From: Bacteroidales bacterium
Lineage (GTDB): Bacteria; Bacteroidota; Bacteroidia; Bacteroidales; UBA932
Direction of reading: 5' to 3'
Length of the DNA stretch: 64,000 nucleotides
Assembly (NCBI GenBank): GCA_017519185.1
Contig: JAFWSX010000006.1
Coordinates: 96,084 to 160,083 of the forward strand
This document shows positions 63,563 to 64,000 of this stretch, piece by piece (the first letter of the stretch is position 1; the number at the start of each line of letters is the position of its first letter). Under the pieces are notes generated by a model. The model did no database searches. It was not told the DNA's origin and saw only the letters and a list, made by a program, of their open reading frames with translations. A program made the position numbers and the translations under genes.

Positions 63563-64000
63563 CTATCCCAGGCTCTGCTGCCATTTCCAGGCAGACTTCA
63601 GAGTCTCTTCCAAAGGACGCTCGGCTTTCCAGCCGAGCTCTTTGTTTGCATAGCTGGTATCAGCCCATACGGCCTCGATGTCACCGGCCCTGCGACCTGC
63701 AATCTTGTAGTTCAGTTTCAAGTTGTTGACCTTTTCGAAAGTCTTGACGATTTCCAGGGTAGACACGCCGCGGCCGGTACCAATGTTGAAGATTTCGTAG
63801 TCAGCCTTGCTGCGGCCTTCGATCATTCGGTTCACTGCCACTACGTGTGCCTTGGCAAGATCTACGACGTCGATGTAGTCGCGTATGCAGGTTCCGTCAG
63901 GTGTGTTGTAGTCATCGCCGAAGATGCTGAGCATCGGGCGTATTCCGGCTGCTGTCTGGGTAACGAAAGGAATCAGGTTGTTCGGCACACCGCGCGGCAA
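63563..64000 (-). CDS. galE: UDP-glucose 4-epimerase, C-terminal 145 codons (gene continues past the window end)
   Basis: ...TPDGTCIRDYIDVVDLAKAHV...IFNIGTGRGVSTLEIV...GRRAGDIEAVWADTS.A...LGWKA is the GalE C-terminal pattern. Confidence 0.9.
   Translation of the reverse strand: MPRGVPNNLIPFVTQTAAGIRPMLSIFGDDYNTPDGTCIRDYIDVVDLAKAHVVAVNRMIEGRSKADYEIFNIGTGRGVSTLEIVKTFEKVNNLKLNYKIAGRRAGDIEAVWADTSYANKELGWKAERPLEETLKSAWKWQQSLG

Overview
This is a dense, almost fully coding chromosomal segment that reads as Bacteroidota, order Bacteroidales. The evidence is a SusC-type receptor fragment, many lipoproteins, TAnnTTTG -7 promoter boxes before most transcription units, and very few Shine-Dalgarno sequences.

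I support 56 protein-coding genes and 2 tRNAs (Leu-CAG, Asn-GUU). I saw no rRNA, CRISPR array, transposase or integrase. Three coding calls differ from the ORF track:
- a SusC N-terminal fragment at the left edge, absent from the track
- a 47-codon ORF at 38487, absent from the track
- prfB, which the track shows only from an internal Met because it needs a +1 programmed frameshift

The backbone is housekeeping: cysS, miaB, rpoN, murF, dut, pepD, rpsF-rpsR-rplI, rlmN, recA, trpS, dnaG, metG, recX, prfB, class I fumarase and galE. Interleaved are glycan-use genes (MFS plus SusC, GH3-PA14, GPH symporter, GH2) and an envelope-glycosylation cluster (YfhO-type GT-C, GT2, GT4, GT2, two MOP flippases).

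Best candidates for something new:
1. 38.3-43.4 kb is a cassette that looks more AT-rich by eye. It holds tandem 20-bp direct repeats plus a promoter, an unannotated acidic 47-aa ORF, a 1028-aa surface lipoprotein, and a membrane-spanning Kelch-like/AraC one-component regulator. The lipoprotein has a fimbrillin-like N-terminus and an internally duplicated ~340-aa module ending in FISUMP/lectin-like domains.
2. A full-consensus sigma-54 -24/-12 element at 22068-22083 faces no gene. Downstream is only a ~75-nt stretch closed by a strong terminator, so this is a candidate RpoN-dependent sRNA.
3. Three receiver-less, membrane-tethered transcription factors occur in one window (two 4-TM LytTR proteins and the TM-AraC). 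One LytTR gene is preceded by a GTGAC repeat array and followed by yfhO.

Short-motif coordinates were counted by hand. Domain names come from recognised sequence motifs, not from database searches.
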